From: Octopus sinensis
Taxonomy: Eukaryota
Assembly: GCF_006345805.1 (NCBI RefSeq)
Contig: NC_042997.1
Span: forward strand, 47,244,001-47,308,000
DNA length: 64,000 bases
Reading direction: 5' to 3'
Position 1 is the stretch's first letter; the number at the start of each line of letters is the position of its first letter. Below, piece after piece: positions 1 to 13,541 of the stretch. A program made the position numbers and the translations under genes. The notes beneath the pieces are model-generated. The model ran no database searches and was not told the DNA's origin. It saw only the letters and a list, made by a program, of their open reading frames with translations.

Positions 1-30
1 AAATATATGTATGTATGTATGTATGTTCGC

Positions 31-93
<63 letters not shown>

Positions 94-573
94 GTCTGTG
101 TGTGTGTCTGTGTATGTGTGTGTGTTTCTGTGTAATTCTACACAAATACGCATATATCTCCAAAATTGAATTGATATGCATAAGCATTTTGGAACATATC
201 AATAAATATTGACAGGAATTAATTTATAAAAGAAGTCGATCATACACGACTACATACTATCAACATTGACTACATACTTTAGCACCCGTTAACAGAAGGG
301 GGTCTGTTGAAAACGCATTATAAATTTGAAAAAATTAAATTGAAAATTTCAATGGAATACTGGTTTATATCTAATTATAAGAATATGAAATATTTCTGCT
401 ACACAACAACACACATATACAGACATTTCTGTATAGATATGTATGAATATATGCATATATACGTACACACACACACATACACACACATGCACACACACAT
501 GTATATATACGTATATACATATATATGTGTGTGTGTGTGTGCGCGTGCGTGTATATATATATATATATATGGA

Positions 574-956
574 TGGAAGTACTCCGTCGGTTACGACGAT
601 GAGGGTTCCAGTTGATCCGAATCAACGGAACAGCCTGCTCGTGAAATTAACGTGTAAGTGGCTGAGCACTCCACAGACACGTGCACCCTAACGTAATTCT
701 CGGGGTTATTCAGCGTGACACAGAGAGGGACAAGGCCAGCCCCTTGAAATACAGGTACAACAGAAACAGGAAGTAAGAGTGAGAGAAAGTTGTGGTGAAA
801 GAGTACAGCAGGGATCACTACCACCCCCTGCCGGAGCCTCGTGGAGCCTTTAGGTGCTTTCGCTCAATAAACACTCACAACGCCCGGTCTGGGAATCGAA
901 ACCGCGATCCTATGACCGCGAGTCCGTTGCTCTAACCAGTGGGCCATTGCGCCTCC
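574..956 (-). mobile_element. tRNA-derived SINE, family A, full length
   Basis: Minus strand begins GGAGGCGCAATGGCCCACTGGTTAG...GGTTTCGATTCCC (A/B-box-like head). The body matches copies at 41055-41433 and 63863-64000. Confidence 0.85.
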
Positions 957-1900
957 ATATATATTTACACACATAATTTAATGATGGAAATGGGATAAAC
1001 GATATTCATGTGATATTCGCTGCATTTGTTGTTTTGGAACATTTTTCTACTCATAGTATATTGATCAGATGTGTAATCCTTAACATCCATTTCCCATCCA
1101 AGGTGTAAAATGCACCTCCTCGGGTTTGTTTAAATATTTCAATCGTAAGATTCTACTGTCATTTCCAAAGGTGAGCTTGACGTAGCCGGGTCAGTTGCTG
1201 CACCATCTTTTGTATAATGATCAAAAGACTTTTTTATACAACTGCTGCCTTTTAACATCTGGTTAAAGCTGGTTGTTTAAAGTAGCACGCACTAGATCTG
1301 CATTTCGTCTTATAGAAGCAGACAGTGTGTGATTTCTTTTCTTTCTTGTGCCATGCTTCTCTTTGTGCTCCTTCTGGTTGAGGCCCACTCACTTTTGCCA
1401 AAGTCTGAGATATGCAAACTCCAGTTGCGAGCATTGTGTCCATTGCAGGTAAAATCGGCATATTTCCACTTTTGCACCTCTTATACACATTTTGGAAAAT
1501 CCGTTTTTCTCCAACATTTGTTTTATCTTTTTTTTTTTTCTGGAAGTTTCACTACAAAGTCCATACTAGAGCAGCCCGAGGTGTTTATCTTGGAAACATT
1601 ACTTTTCGTTTATTCACTTTATTTTTCTTACACTCTTTCTCCCTGATCTTGTTTTTCTCTTTTTCAGCCCTCTCCCCTCTCTGTATGCCTTCAGTGGTGG
1701 AAGAAAGGCGCGTATCATTGGTGTACTCTTGCATATCAGGCTATTCGGTCATGACTTTCGCTATGATATTTTGAAGGTATACGGACACAGGGACATCTTC
1801 TTTTCCGTTTCACACTCTATCTTTGCAATTATTTTCCAGTCGCTTCATACCAACATACATACATACATACATATATACATACATGCATGCATGCATACAT

Positions 1901-1942
<42 letters not shown>

Positions 1943-2194
1943 TATATATATGTATATGTATATGTGTGTGTTTGTGTGCGTATATGTGTGTGTGAAATCA
2001 TCTAAATGACAAAGGGAGAATGAACGGCTTTTTCCCCCTCTATCTCCCTTTCTATTTACTATTTTATATCTAAGTTCTTACGCTAAGTCATAAATATAGT
2101 TTGTTTAATGTACGAATCTACCTACATTTTATGTGTGCATATGAACAGTTATTTATACACTGCTTAATCATGCGCACTTGTGTATATATAATCG

Positions 2195-2226
2195 GTTGGG
2201 AGGGTTGACAACACAGATACAAACAC

Positions 2227-2278
<52 letters not shown>

Positions 2279-2395
2279 CCGGCTTCTTTCAGTTTCCGCC
2301 TACCAAATACACTCACAAGGCTAAAGTAGAAGACACTTGCCCAAGGTATCCCGCAGTGAGATTGAACCCGGAACCACACAGCAACTCCTGCGCCT
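2195..2395 (-). mobile_element. SINE family B, 5' part with internal (TA)n
   Basis: Matches the head and core of the full copies at 55106-55531 and 56921-57313 (CTTGGGCAAGTGTCTTCT, GGTAGGCGGAAACTGAAAGAAGCC). Confidence 0.6.
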
Positions 2396-2794
2396 TATAT
2401 ACATATACATACATACATACATATATATGTAGGTAGGCATGTATGTACGTATTAATATTTGTTATATTCAGTTCACATTAATCTGATGGGTTACTCTATA
2501 CTTTGATCAAATTTTGTAGCCACTATCAGCATTGTTGCTTAAGAATAATGCCAACCCCTATGTGTGTGTGTGGTATGTGTGTGTTCGTGTATGTATTTGT
2601 CTGTGTGGGTTTGTGCGTGTATGTATTTGTCTGTGTGTATGTATGTGTGTGTGCGTTTGTTTCTATGCATATGTATGTACCAAAGACAATTTCATTATGA
2701 ATGAGCTCAATGATTAATTGATATGGATCGATAATTAATTACTTCACTAGGTTCCCACGCAAATGCTATTTATGGAAACCGCGTTTGGTTTGGC

Positions 2795-3070
2795 TCTCCG
2801 TCAGTTACGACGACAGGTGTTCCAGTTGATCCGATCATTGGTAAACTGTGCCCGTGAAATTAACATGCATGTACCCCTCATGAGATTCAGACTGACGTTC
2901 CGAATATGACAAGACCGGCCCTTTGCTATGCAGGTACAACTCAGTTTTGCTAACTGAGTCGACTGGATAAGCTTGAAATAAAGCGTCTCGCTCAAGGTCA
3001 CAACACGCGCTGGGAATCGAACTCACGATCTTACAGTCGTGAACTGAATACTCCTAGCCATTAAACCACT
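2795..3070 (-). mobile_element. SINE family A, diverged copy
   Basis: CCGTCAGTTACGACGAC...CGTGAAATTAAC...GGGAATCGAACTCACGATC aligns by eye with 574-956. Confidence 0.6.
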
Positions 3071-3235
3071 TGCTGTCTGCAATGGTATTTACTGATTTAT
3101 TGAAGCACTTGTTTCTATTGACAACATTATTTGTCAATATACAGATACAATTTCTTGTTCTCTGAAATGAATTCCAAATTTGATTACAACTTTCCTTCTG
3201 TCCTTATATTCAAACATACATACACACACACACAC

Positions 3236-3610
<375 letters not shown>

Positions 3611-5459
3611 AGTATGTACTTATCTTTTAAATTTATATACGGAAAACTTTTTAATATGCAAATAGAGCTCCTATTGCCTTATGCTGGCTACAGTCTAATG
3701 CTGTTGACTGGTGAATCAGTTTTGGGGGTGTTGCATCGACCTGTATGATATAATGTAGGATAAATACAGTAATAATGACAATAATCTTTGAATGGAATTT
3801 ATAAATATTTAATGCATCGCTACGCGCGTTTTCACAAATCACAATCCTATTAAGTTCACAGTCCGTATTCCTGGGATGATTACGGTGTAGTCCGAAGTAA
3901 CTGCGGGCATCGGGTTGATCATCTCCATGGATTCATTTCTTCAGGTGATATAACATTAATGGATGTTTAACTCAGGGCTTTTTATCTCACGCGCATAGCT
4001 ATTCATTAAGATATTTATAAATTCCTTCCAAGGTATTTACACATACATAGGCATATGCTAGTTGCTTAACATTTCTTATATATTACATACATATATAAGA
4101 TATGTCAATCAACTAGCAGTAAACAGCAAATACTTGTTATTGCCTGTGATTTCAAAATAAAAAGAAAAAGAAAAAGAAGGGAAGAAACTAATGACTATCT
4201 TCCAGAAGAAACATCAATACACCAAGAAAAGATTAAAAAGAAATAGGAGCATATATATATATATATAAGACTACTCTATTAGATAGATGATCGAAGCAAT
4301 AAACTACAGGGAAAAGATTAGATTAAGCAGAAGCGTGAGCTACATGATTAATAACGGTAAGAAAATTCCTAAGGAGAGAATGTGTGAGAGAACAGCAGCC
4401 ATGGATATATTACTAGATTTGAGATTAAAAAGCAGCGATCCGGTTATCAGATGGACGTTGAAATTTTGCTGTTAAAAAATAGGAGCAATGTTGCTAAAAA
4501 AAGGGCAGGTTGGGATTAATCAACCTGATTTGTAATACTTTGTATTTGACAATAATATAAATTCTAATATGTTTATCAGCATTGTACAACATTAGTGTGA
4601 AGTGTGTGGTATAGTACTGCTTGAGTAGATCTGATCTAGAGTTAAATTATGATACCAGCAGTAGAAATTAGCCAAGAGGTCATCAATAAAGCCAAGAGGT
4701 CATCGACAAAGGTACACCTGGTTTTCTGGGTCTATAAGTGATGGGAAGTTAGCGGCTGTAATTATGCGTTATTTGTTTTATAGTGCTTTGCTTTTTTCAA
4801 GAAACTTAACATATTTGGAATTACGTAGTCGTATGTTGTATCGCCAAAGGAAAATATAAACTGAATGATTACTACTAACGGCCTTTAAACATGAGTCCAG
4901 GATTAAGGCAAACCCTATGTTATAATATAGCTATTTAACATTGCTGTGTTAGTTCAGTGAATTAATGATGTTGCTAGCAAGCGAAATTTATGAAGTAGGT
5001 TTATGATGGCTCGTCGTAGCCAATTATTTGAACCAAATAATACTATTGCGAAAGCTTCACCCATTAATTGAGTCAAGTAATACTCTTCAGTATGTTCGAT
5101 TGGTCGTTTTGTATTTGTTTACACACCACACACAAACACACAACACATATATGTATATAATTCTAATCTATATTTATTTAAACATATACGATTGTGTCTA
5201 CAATTATCTATATATTTGTGAGCGATTGCAGGTGATATTATGCAAACGCGTTCCTCGTATGATTATGTGAAATATGAATATATACAGTTATATTATATCT
5301 AAACTGTTTGCAGTATTCGTCTTTAAACACCAAGTGTATCTAGTCCCATGTGTACGATTGAATTGGATGAATTCACCTACAATGTATGTATTTATGTGTA
5401 TTTGTTTATGCCTGAATAGGTTGCACACTGCTGGCGTGATGCTATTTTCAATATGTGTG

Positions 5460-5491
<32 letters not shown>

Positions 5492-5599
5492 CGCGTAAGC
5501 AAAATAAAGACCGTTTAACAAATGAATAGAGTGAATTGGAGTAGATTAAAATTCGCAGCTTTTAAGCAATTTAATGAGTAATACGAGAATCACTACTAC

Positions 5600-5681
5600 T
5601 ACTACTTGTAAATGTTATTATTTCTGTTTCTTCTGAATTTCGTTTTCGTCTTATTTTTCATCGTCTTTTTCTTCTTCTTCT

Positions 5682-5729
<48 letters not shown>

Positions 5730-5818
5730 TAATGATAATAAAAATAATAACAATAATAATAATAATAATAAAAATAATAAAAATAATAATAAAAATAATA
5801 ATAATAATAATGATAATA

Positions 5819-5868
<50 letters not shown>

Positions 5869-6070
5869 TAATAATGATAATAATGATAATAATGATAATA
5901 ATAATAAGAAGAAGAAGAAATAAATAAGTAGTAACAAATAAGAAAAATAAGAATGATGATAATTAAAGAAGATGTAGAAGAAGAAAATGATGAAGAAGGC
6001 GGAGGATGTGGGGGTAGAAGGGGAAACGGGAGGAGACGAAGAAGGAGGAGGAGGAGGAGGAAAAGAAGCG
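5600..6070. repeat. Compound (CTA)/(AAT)n/(GAA)n/(GGA)n microsatellite
   Basis: Seen directly. Explains the poly-I and poly-Y ORFs. Confidence 0.92.
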
Positions 6071-6640
6071 ACAAGTTCTGTAAGCAAATAAATTAAATTG
6101 TGAAGATACAAAAACTACATAAAATGACAACATAAGTTGCAGATAAAAGACACCATTCACCATTTTGAATGCACTGTCAAGTATTCATCTGTTAAAACAC
6201 ATTTTCAGATCAATAAAAGAATCAGACTACAGCAGAGAGTACAGATGCTGGAAGGGTGAGACTGTGATGAAATGTATAGTGTTTTACGTAGTTTAGAGAA
6301 GAGTGTGAGTAACACAGATTAACTTCTGAAAAAGTGATTTTAACTAATTGGAGTTATTCTTTTCATCGACGTATTCATTGAGACGACGTATGTAGACAAT
6401 CAGATATACTATTAAAAAGATGCAAAGCGATATTTCGTGTATATATCTGTATAAACGCTAATGCGAGTTTTATATCTGTAAGAATGTATTTATGCATGTG
6501 TGCATGTACAAAGAATGTAGAACAGCTTTAGATTCATGCATGTCTGAATAAATACGCAACTTGTAATTCTTTTAAAATGCCCGTTGTGTGTTGTTACTCA
6601 TACTTCCTCTTCGTGTATGAGGTTATATATATATTATATA

Positions 6641-6680
<40 letters not shown>

Positions 6681-6865
6681 TAAATTAGAGATAAAGCCAC
6701 TATTAGGCAAATCAAACAATGAAAAACTTAAGCCAATACATAAAATTAATTAATTTATATTATTTTAAATATATATCAAAATTATTAAAAATTTAATAAA
6801 ATATAATGAGTAAAAGACTACGATCGTTTCGGATTTATTCCCTAATATCTTATTATATATATATA

Positions 6866-7096
6866 TATATATATATTCCTTCCGGGCTTTCAAAATGTGA
6901 CCTCGTGTGTACCGTTGGCGGTTTTTTTCCTCTGTCTTCCCTTCTCTGGATCTTTCCTCCTTCTCCTATGTTTCCGACGAAGAGCTCCGCTCGAAACGTT
7001 AAGCCCTCCTTTCCTTCTTTCCTGAGCGTCCAATAATACTATATTTGTTCCACGCCCTCGCGTTGTTGTGTTTTTTGTGCTTTCTTGTTTGGATTA

Positions 7097-7100
<4 letters not shown>
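6866..7100 (+). mobile_element. Short non-autonomous element (family P1) with a hammerhead-like motif
   Basis: Homologous to the reverse complement of 49245-49430. Carries GTTT-CCGACGA-A-GAGC-TCC-GCTC-GAAACGTT-AAGC. (TA)n on both sides. Confidence 0.55.
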
Positions 7101-7131
<31 letters not shown>

Positions 7132-7494
7132 AGAGAGAGAGAGAGAGACATGGCTGTGCAGTAAGAAGCTTGCCTCCCTACCACATGGTTGTAAGAGGAT
7201 TTGGTAGACGGAATCAGAATGAAACCAGTTATACATACATACATAGGTACAAACGAACAAACATAGGGGCGTGTGTGAATCCAAGAGAATCACAATGAAT
7301 AGGAACACTGGTACATCTCCAAATTTTCCAGTTAATTTCACAGTTAATTATTCAACATAATCAGTTCGTTAAAATGACCGATACGTGTTTCTGCTGCATA
7401 GGGTGCATTCATTGGCGTATGTAACCCGCAATACTTTGCTATGCATTAAAATTGGCTTAAAATTTTGGTACAAGGCCAGCAAGTTCCAGAGAGA

Positions 7495-7630
7495 GGGTAA
7501 GACTATTATTTCTATGAAAAGGATGAAAAGTAGAGTCGACCTCGACAGAAATTGAACTCAAAACGTAAAGATGGACGAAATGCCGCTAAGCATTTTGCCC
7601 GGCGTCCAAACGATCCTGCCAGCTCGCTAT
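7495..7630 (-). mobile_element. SINE family C fragment
   Basis: AAAGTAGAGTCGACCTCGACAGAAATTGAACTCA...GCCAGCTCGC matches family C copies. Confidence 0.6.
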
Positions 7631-7892
7631 CTCACATACTTTTATATATTTAGAGATGAAAGTCTATGGAAGACGATTTTGTGTTTAAATCGTCAATGAA
7701 ATAAATGAAACTGAATATTTGAAAGAATTCCAGCTATTCTATCAAAATGTTTCGTCACGTAAGAAAATTACGAGCCTTCATTTTAACATTTACTTGGACG
7801 ACCATCTGAAATATTTAGATGAAAGTCATGGGAATTCATGAACGTAGTACCTCTAATTACTTTAGAAGTTATGTAGCAAATTAGTTTGCAAC

Positions 7893-7937
<45 letters not shown>

Positions 7938-8109
7938 AATATATATACATATATATATATACATACACACATATATACATACATATATATTCATATATAT
8001 TCATATCTATACATATATACATACATGTATATATACATATATATAAATATACATATATATATATATATATATATATTTACGTCTATATACGTATATATAT
8101 TCATTCATT

Positions 8110-8790
8110 CATTTCACTCGGTCCACATTGTGCCGTGTGGCACTTGAGGCGACATCAAAATCATTGAAACAATCGTCCTTGTTTCAATATTAACCCCTTG
8201 CTTTTAAGATCTTTTCTTATCGCTCTACATCACGTTTCTTTTGATCGGCCACTTCTTCTTTAACCTTCTGGAAACCATTACAAAGCCATCCTGACAATTG
8301 AGTTCGGTTTATAGCGATAAACTCGACCCAGCCATTTCCATCTTCTTGCTTCAATAGTTTCTCTTATTGGTTTCACGTTAGCCTTGGTGTTTAGTTGGCT
8401 AGTCGAGATCATGTTTGGCCAGTTCCGAAATTTTTCGTAAACATATATTTTGAAATATCTCCAATTTCCTTTCGATTCTTTTGGCTGTTTTCCAACATGC
8501 AGATCCATAAAGGCGGATGCTAAGTATGTTGTTTTTGTAAAATCGTATTTTGGTGCCCTTACTGAGTATTGATGATTTCCATATTGAGTTTAACATACCA
8601 AATAATTGGTTGGCTTTACTGACAGTTGTATTTATTTCATGAATGCTGTCTCTGTCCATTCTTATTTTCGAGCCTAGATAGTTCAATTCGTCAACATTTG
8701 CGATTGGTTTGGCGTACCAAGTCACATGGAGAGCATTTGTACGAGAACATATAAATGCCGTACACCTAATGTAAATATTCTAGTTGAGTT
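8110..8790 (-). pseudogene. RTE-clade LINE 3' remnant (RT C-terminus)
   Basis: Frameshifted peptides NYLGS...ANQLFGMLNSIWKSSILSKGTKIRFY...LYGSACW and RRWKWLGRV, typical of RTE ORF2 C-termini. Confidence 0.7.
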
Positions 8791-9673
8791 GTGTTCTATT
8801 CTATACGTTGTTTATATTCTTCTGTCAACCATTTCAGAAACACACACGCAATTAGATACATTTTTATATACGTAAAGATATGCATATACATTCGTGCCAA
8901 AATTTTAAGCCAATATAAAAGCATGTAAAACATGCTTTCAATGAGGTCGGCTCTCTGTATAAGCTTTCTGCGTTTGATAAAACAAAATATTCTGGTGGCG
9001 GTTTGGTTTAATAGTTAGACCGTAAGACATAATATCTTGCGGTATTTATTTCAGTTCTTTGGGTTCTCAATTGAGATACCATTCTAGGTCATCTTGGTTT
9101 TGCTTCATTCTGGTACTAACAAAGTGAAAAAACGGTCAAGTACTGGGATTTGATTAGTAAATACTTATAGCAAATTCCTGGCAGTTTGAAAGGTAACTTT
9201 ATTGCTTTCTTCTATAAATGTTTTGTTTATACATTAGCAGTTTCGGTTTTTTTTTTAATTTCACACTGTTCATTTGTGATTTCCTAATCTAATTGTCTCC
9301 CATTTGAGACTTTCACTAAAAGATCTGAAGTACTGATATGTGTGTGTGTGTGCGTATGTGTGGTGTGTGTGTGTATTTATTTATATATATATATATGTAT
9401 CTATATGCATGCATATATATATGTGTTTATATATATATGTATATAATATGTATATATATTATGTATATATATATATGTAATTATATATGTATATATATGT
9501 ATATATATATATATGTATATAATATGTATATATATATATATGTATATATTATGTATATATATATATATAATATATATGTAATATATATATATATGTATAT
9601 ATATATGTTATATATATATGTATATATATATGTATATATATATATGTATATATATATTATATATATATAATAG

Positions 9674-10438
9674 GCACAACAACAACAACAACAGCCACAG
9701 CAACAAGAACAACAACAGCCACTCCTCAACTCTAGCTTACTAGACGATTCACTAAATGCCAGTATCTTTTCACCGCTCTCACAGCAACCACCACAATTAT
9801 CATCATCATCATCACCACCGCTGCCACCATCGTCTTCTATCACCAAAAATACCGACAGAAAACCAAATAAGAAACCACTGCCCTCTTCCCCCACATCACC
9901 ACCTCAATACTACTGCAGTAACAAAAACTTAAAGAAACATAGGAAGCAGAATGCGCCCCCACGGCTCAAACAAGAAATCCCCAAATATGCCGCTATTCAC
10001 TGCGCCAGAGACTCTGCACAAATAGTGACTGCATCTTCACGCATCTACCCGGCACTAGACGCACTACCGGCCAAGGCCAAAGCACGCATCACAATAAAAT
10101 CAACACCACCAAATAGTAAATCGAAATTCAAAACACACACAACTCGGAGTCCCAAAATCTGCCGGTATTCCCAACGTGAGAGAACATGTCTACTGAGTGA
10201 CTGTCCCTTCACTCATCTTCCAGGGACCCGACGCACAAACAGAAACGGGGCCTCAAGCCAACACACAAACCTGAATAACAATAAAAATAGAAACACACCA
10301 TGCTGCAGTAATGCTGGTCCAGTCTTTTCAGGAAGACACAAAAACAACAACAACAAAAGTGGAAACTACAACCCTATCCAACAGTGCAACCACACCTCCA
10401 GCCAAAAATTGCTCCTAAGCAGGAAAATTCTTTTTTAG
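9674..10438 (+). pseudogene. LINE ORF1 remnant with two C-x8-C-x4-C-x3-H fingers
   Basis: One frame reads open from 9674 to 10438 without an ATG. ICRYSLRQRLCTNSDCIFTHLPGT (9988-10044, shifted frame) and ICRYSQRERTCLLSDCPFTHLPGT (10160-10216). Confidence 0.6.
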
Positions 10439-10599
10439 CCATGTTGAACATGGCAAAAGAGATACACAAAAACATTCTAGCCATCACTCAACACCATCCT
10501 ATGCTATTACCCCAGTGCACCAATTCCCCACATTGCTGCCACTAACACACAAAAAATCCAAGCCCCCTGCAACAGTCAAAACCAGCCACTACACTAACC

Positions 10600-11796
10600 T
10601 CCACATTCCTACTCAATGCACAAGGTGTCAGCCCTTCCATCAATGCACAAAAATGGAAGGTCCAATTCATTGAAGACTGGGTTGGTAACCATTCACACCA
10701 CATCCCTTTCTTCATTCTCACTGAGACCACCTTGACACTCCCACTTGGAAGCCGAAGTGAGAGTGAAGAATTTCACAACCATCCGCGCGGATCGTATCGG
10801 CAGGAGGAAGGGTGGAACTGCCATTTTCCTGCATGATTCATTTACGGCAGATGGAAATAGTATATTCTCCAACGGCTACTGTGAATCAGTCACCGTGCAC
10901 AACAAAGCCAATGACCTGACAGTAATTGGGCTCTATAGGCCGCCCCAAACACCCATACTGTGCTTTAAAGAATGCCTCAACAGCATTAAGTGCTTTATTC
11001 AACAGTGCCATTCTAGCAACATACTCATGATGGGAGACTTCAATCTACCCTGTGTTGACTGGACTACAAACTGTTTGAAACCAAGCACTCCCGCCTCAAC
11101 CGCTGACAAAGAAGCAGCAGAGTCACTTTTCGACTTTACGAATGAGTTTTTCTTGTCCCAACTTGTCCTTGCACCAACAAGACATCAGAACATTTTGGAC
11201 CTAGTGTTAGTAACCACACTAACACTATACATAACGTTACAGTGGAAAAAACCCTTCTTTCAGACCATGACATGGTTCTCTGTAACATGAAATTCCACCA
11301 GCCGAAAGCTAATCCTAGTGACCTTCCTCCAGCCCACCCATTTGACAACATGGATCTCCATAAAGCCAACTGGGATGCAATCAGGAACGAGCTATCAAAT
11401 GTTGACTGGTCCTTTACACATACACACATCTCCACCAACCATAAGACATCTTGGCAGATCTTTGTAGACACCGTCACAGACATATGTGCAAAACACTCCC
11501 CACCAAGACCTGTGAACAAAAAGTGCAGAATCCCCCAAAACAGAAAAACCATTATCAGAAAAATAAAAAGAACAAACAAAAAAATTAACAAACTAAAGTA
11601 CTGCCAACAGCAACACACACATTCGACGGCTATCGCACTGCTTGAATCCAAAAAATATAACCTCCAACAATGCATGAAGACCCTCATCAATAACCAAAGA
11701 TCAGCTGAGGAGAAGTGGCCATTGAAAAAATCAAACTCAACCCCAAAGTGTTCTTTTCATTTGCGAGGAAACGCAGGGTCACTGTCTCCACTGTAG
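10600..11796 (+). pseudogene. LINE ORF2 apurinic-like endonuclease domain and linker (frameshifted)
   Basis: Motifs RADR..RKGGTAIF, GLYRPP, MGDFNLP, PTRHQNILDLV, and SDHD in the next frame. Confidence 0.88.
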
Positions 11797-12041
11797 GCCC
11801 TCTAATTGACAAAACTGGCACTCTCCAAGATAATGCCAAATCCATGGCCGAGATACTGCAGAAACAACAACTGCTCTGTTTTCAGCAATCCTGATATGGC
11901 CGATCTGGGCTGTATCAGTGATGTCCCCAACACACTATATCGGACATAACGTTTAGTGCCCCTGATGTCTTAGCGGCGATAAACGAAATAAAACACAATT
12001 CAGCAGTAGGCCCCGATAGGTTCCCTGCTTGTGTCCTGAAG

Positions 12042-13541
12042 GTGTGTCGACACCAACTTGCATCTCCCCTTGCTAATCTGTGGAGAAACTCACTGGATGC
12101 TGGCTATATTCCAAAAAACCTTCTGTCCCAGTCTGTTGTCCCAGTTTTCAAAAAGGGAAACAAGTCCCTTGCAGTGAATTACCGTCCGATCTCACTCACC
12201 TCTCATATCATCAAGGTATTTGAGAGGGTGGTGAGATCTCGAATAACCCAATTTCTGGAAAGCAACAGACGGCTGATCTCCAACCAACATGGGTTCCGTA
12301 ATGGAAGGGACTGCCTAACGCAGCTCCTGCATCACTTTGAGGACATTTTGAGAGCTTTGGGAGAGGGCTCCAACACCGATGTCATCTACCTTGATTTCAG
12401 TAAGGCCTTCGACAGGGTCGATCACAAGATCCTATTGAAAAAACTATCCAACATTGGTGTCTCTGGAAAGTTACTGAAATGGATTAAGTGTTTCCTGACA
12501 GACAGATCTCAACATGTTGTAGTTGAAGGGGTAAAATCAAGCCCAGCCAAAGTCAGTAGTGGCGTTCCGCAAGGCACTGTGCTGGGCCCACTTCTTTTCA
12601 TCATTTACATTAATGACATTAATGACATCATCAAGCACAGCAACATAAAAATCTTTGCAGATGACTCCAAGCTACAGAAGGTCATAAATGAGGCGAGTGA
12701 CCGGACATGCCTTCAGTCAGATCTACTGGCTGTTATCCAATGGGCAGAAAAAAACAATATGCTGCTGAACGAGGATAAATTTGAGCTAATCCACTTTGGA
12801 AAAGAGGATGCCCTGAAACTCCCATACTCCCTTCCTTCAGGTGAAACTCTCGCGGCGTCCAACAACATCAGAGACTTGGGAGTAATTGTGGACAACAACG
12901 TAAGCTGGGCCACTCATATAAACACCAAAGTTGACATGGCCCGCAGAATGTGTTCCTGGATTCTCAGAACTTTCCAGTCGAGAGATATCCACACCATTAT
13001 CCTTCTCTTCTCCACTTTTGCCCGACCCCACCTTGAATACTGTTGTCCACTGTGGTCTCCCCACACAATACAAGGTATCATAAAAGTTGAAGCACCTCAA
13101 AGGGCAATCACAAAAAAGATAGATGGCATGACAGGCCTCGACTATTGGGCTCGACTAGAAAAGCTAAAACTCTATTCTCTCCAACGTCGTCGTGAGCGCT
13201 ACATCATCTGCATGATGTGGAAAATATTCCATCAGCATTGCCCAAATGATGTTGGCATCACCTTTAAGGTACATCCAAGGCTTGGGCCCCGTGCCATCCG
13301 CCCAAAACAAAAATCGCACTCTCATCTCATAACAACAATACGGCACAATTATTTCACCTCAATTGGCCCCGCTCTCTTTAACATTACACCAAAACACATT
13401 AAAACAGAAACTGACCCTATAGGGTTCAAGAAGTCTTTGGACAGATTCCTTCAAGAAATCCCGGGTAAACCCCCTACACCCGGATATGTCTCTGTAAACA
13501 ATAACTCTCTACTTGAGTGGGCCATAGTGCCAAAATTCTGA
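12042..13541 (+). CDS. LINE ORF2 reverse transcriptase (499 aa open frame)
   Basis: NYRPISLTS, QHGFR, YLDFSKAFDRVDH, SGVPQGTVLGPLLF, FADD, RDLGV, LEYCCPLWSP, LQRRRERY. Confidence 0.93.
   Translation: MCRHQLASPLANLWRNSLDAGYIPKNLLSQSVVPVFKKGNKSLAVNYRPISLTSHIIKVFERVVRSRITQFLESNRRLISNQHGFRNGRDCLTQLLHHFEDILRALGEGSNTDVIYLDFSKAFDRVDHKILLKKLSNIGVSGKLLKWIKCFLTDRSQHVVVEGVKSSPAKVSSGVPQGTVLGPLLFIIYINDINDIIKHSNIKIFADDSKLQKVINEASDRTCLQSDLLAVIQWAEKNNMLLNEDKFELIHFGKEDALKLPYSLPSGETLAASNNIRDLGVIVDNNVSWATHINTKVDMARRMCSWILRTFQSRDIHTIILLFSTFARPHLEYCCPLWSPHTIQGIIKVEAPQRAITKKIDGMTGLDYWARLEKLKLYSLQRRRERYIICMMWKIFHQHCPNDVGITFKVHPRLGPRAIRPKQKSHSHLITTIRHNYFTSIGPALFNITPKHIKTETDPIGFKKSLDRFLQEIPGKPPTPGYVSVNNNSLLEWAIVPKF

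Noticed and set aside
4287-4475. 62-aa ORF MIEAINYREKIRLSRS...
   Set aside because: Possibly a retroelement fossil, but no motif could be identified.
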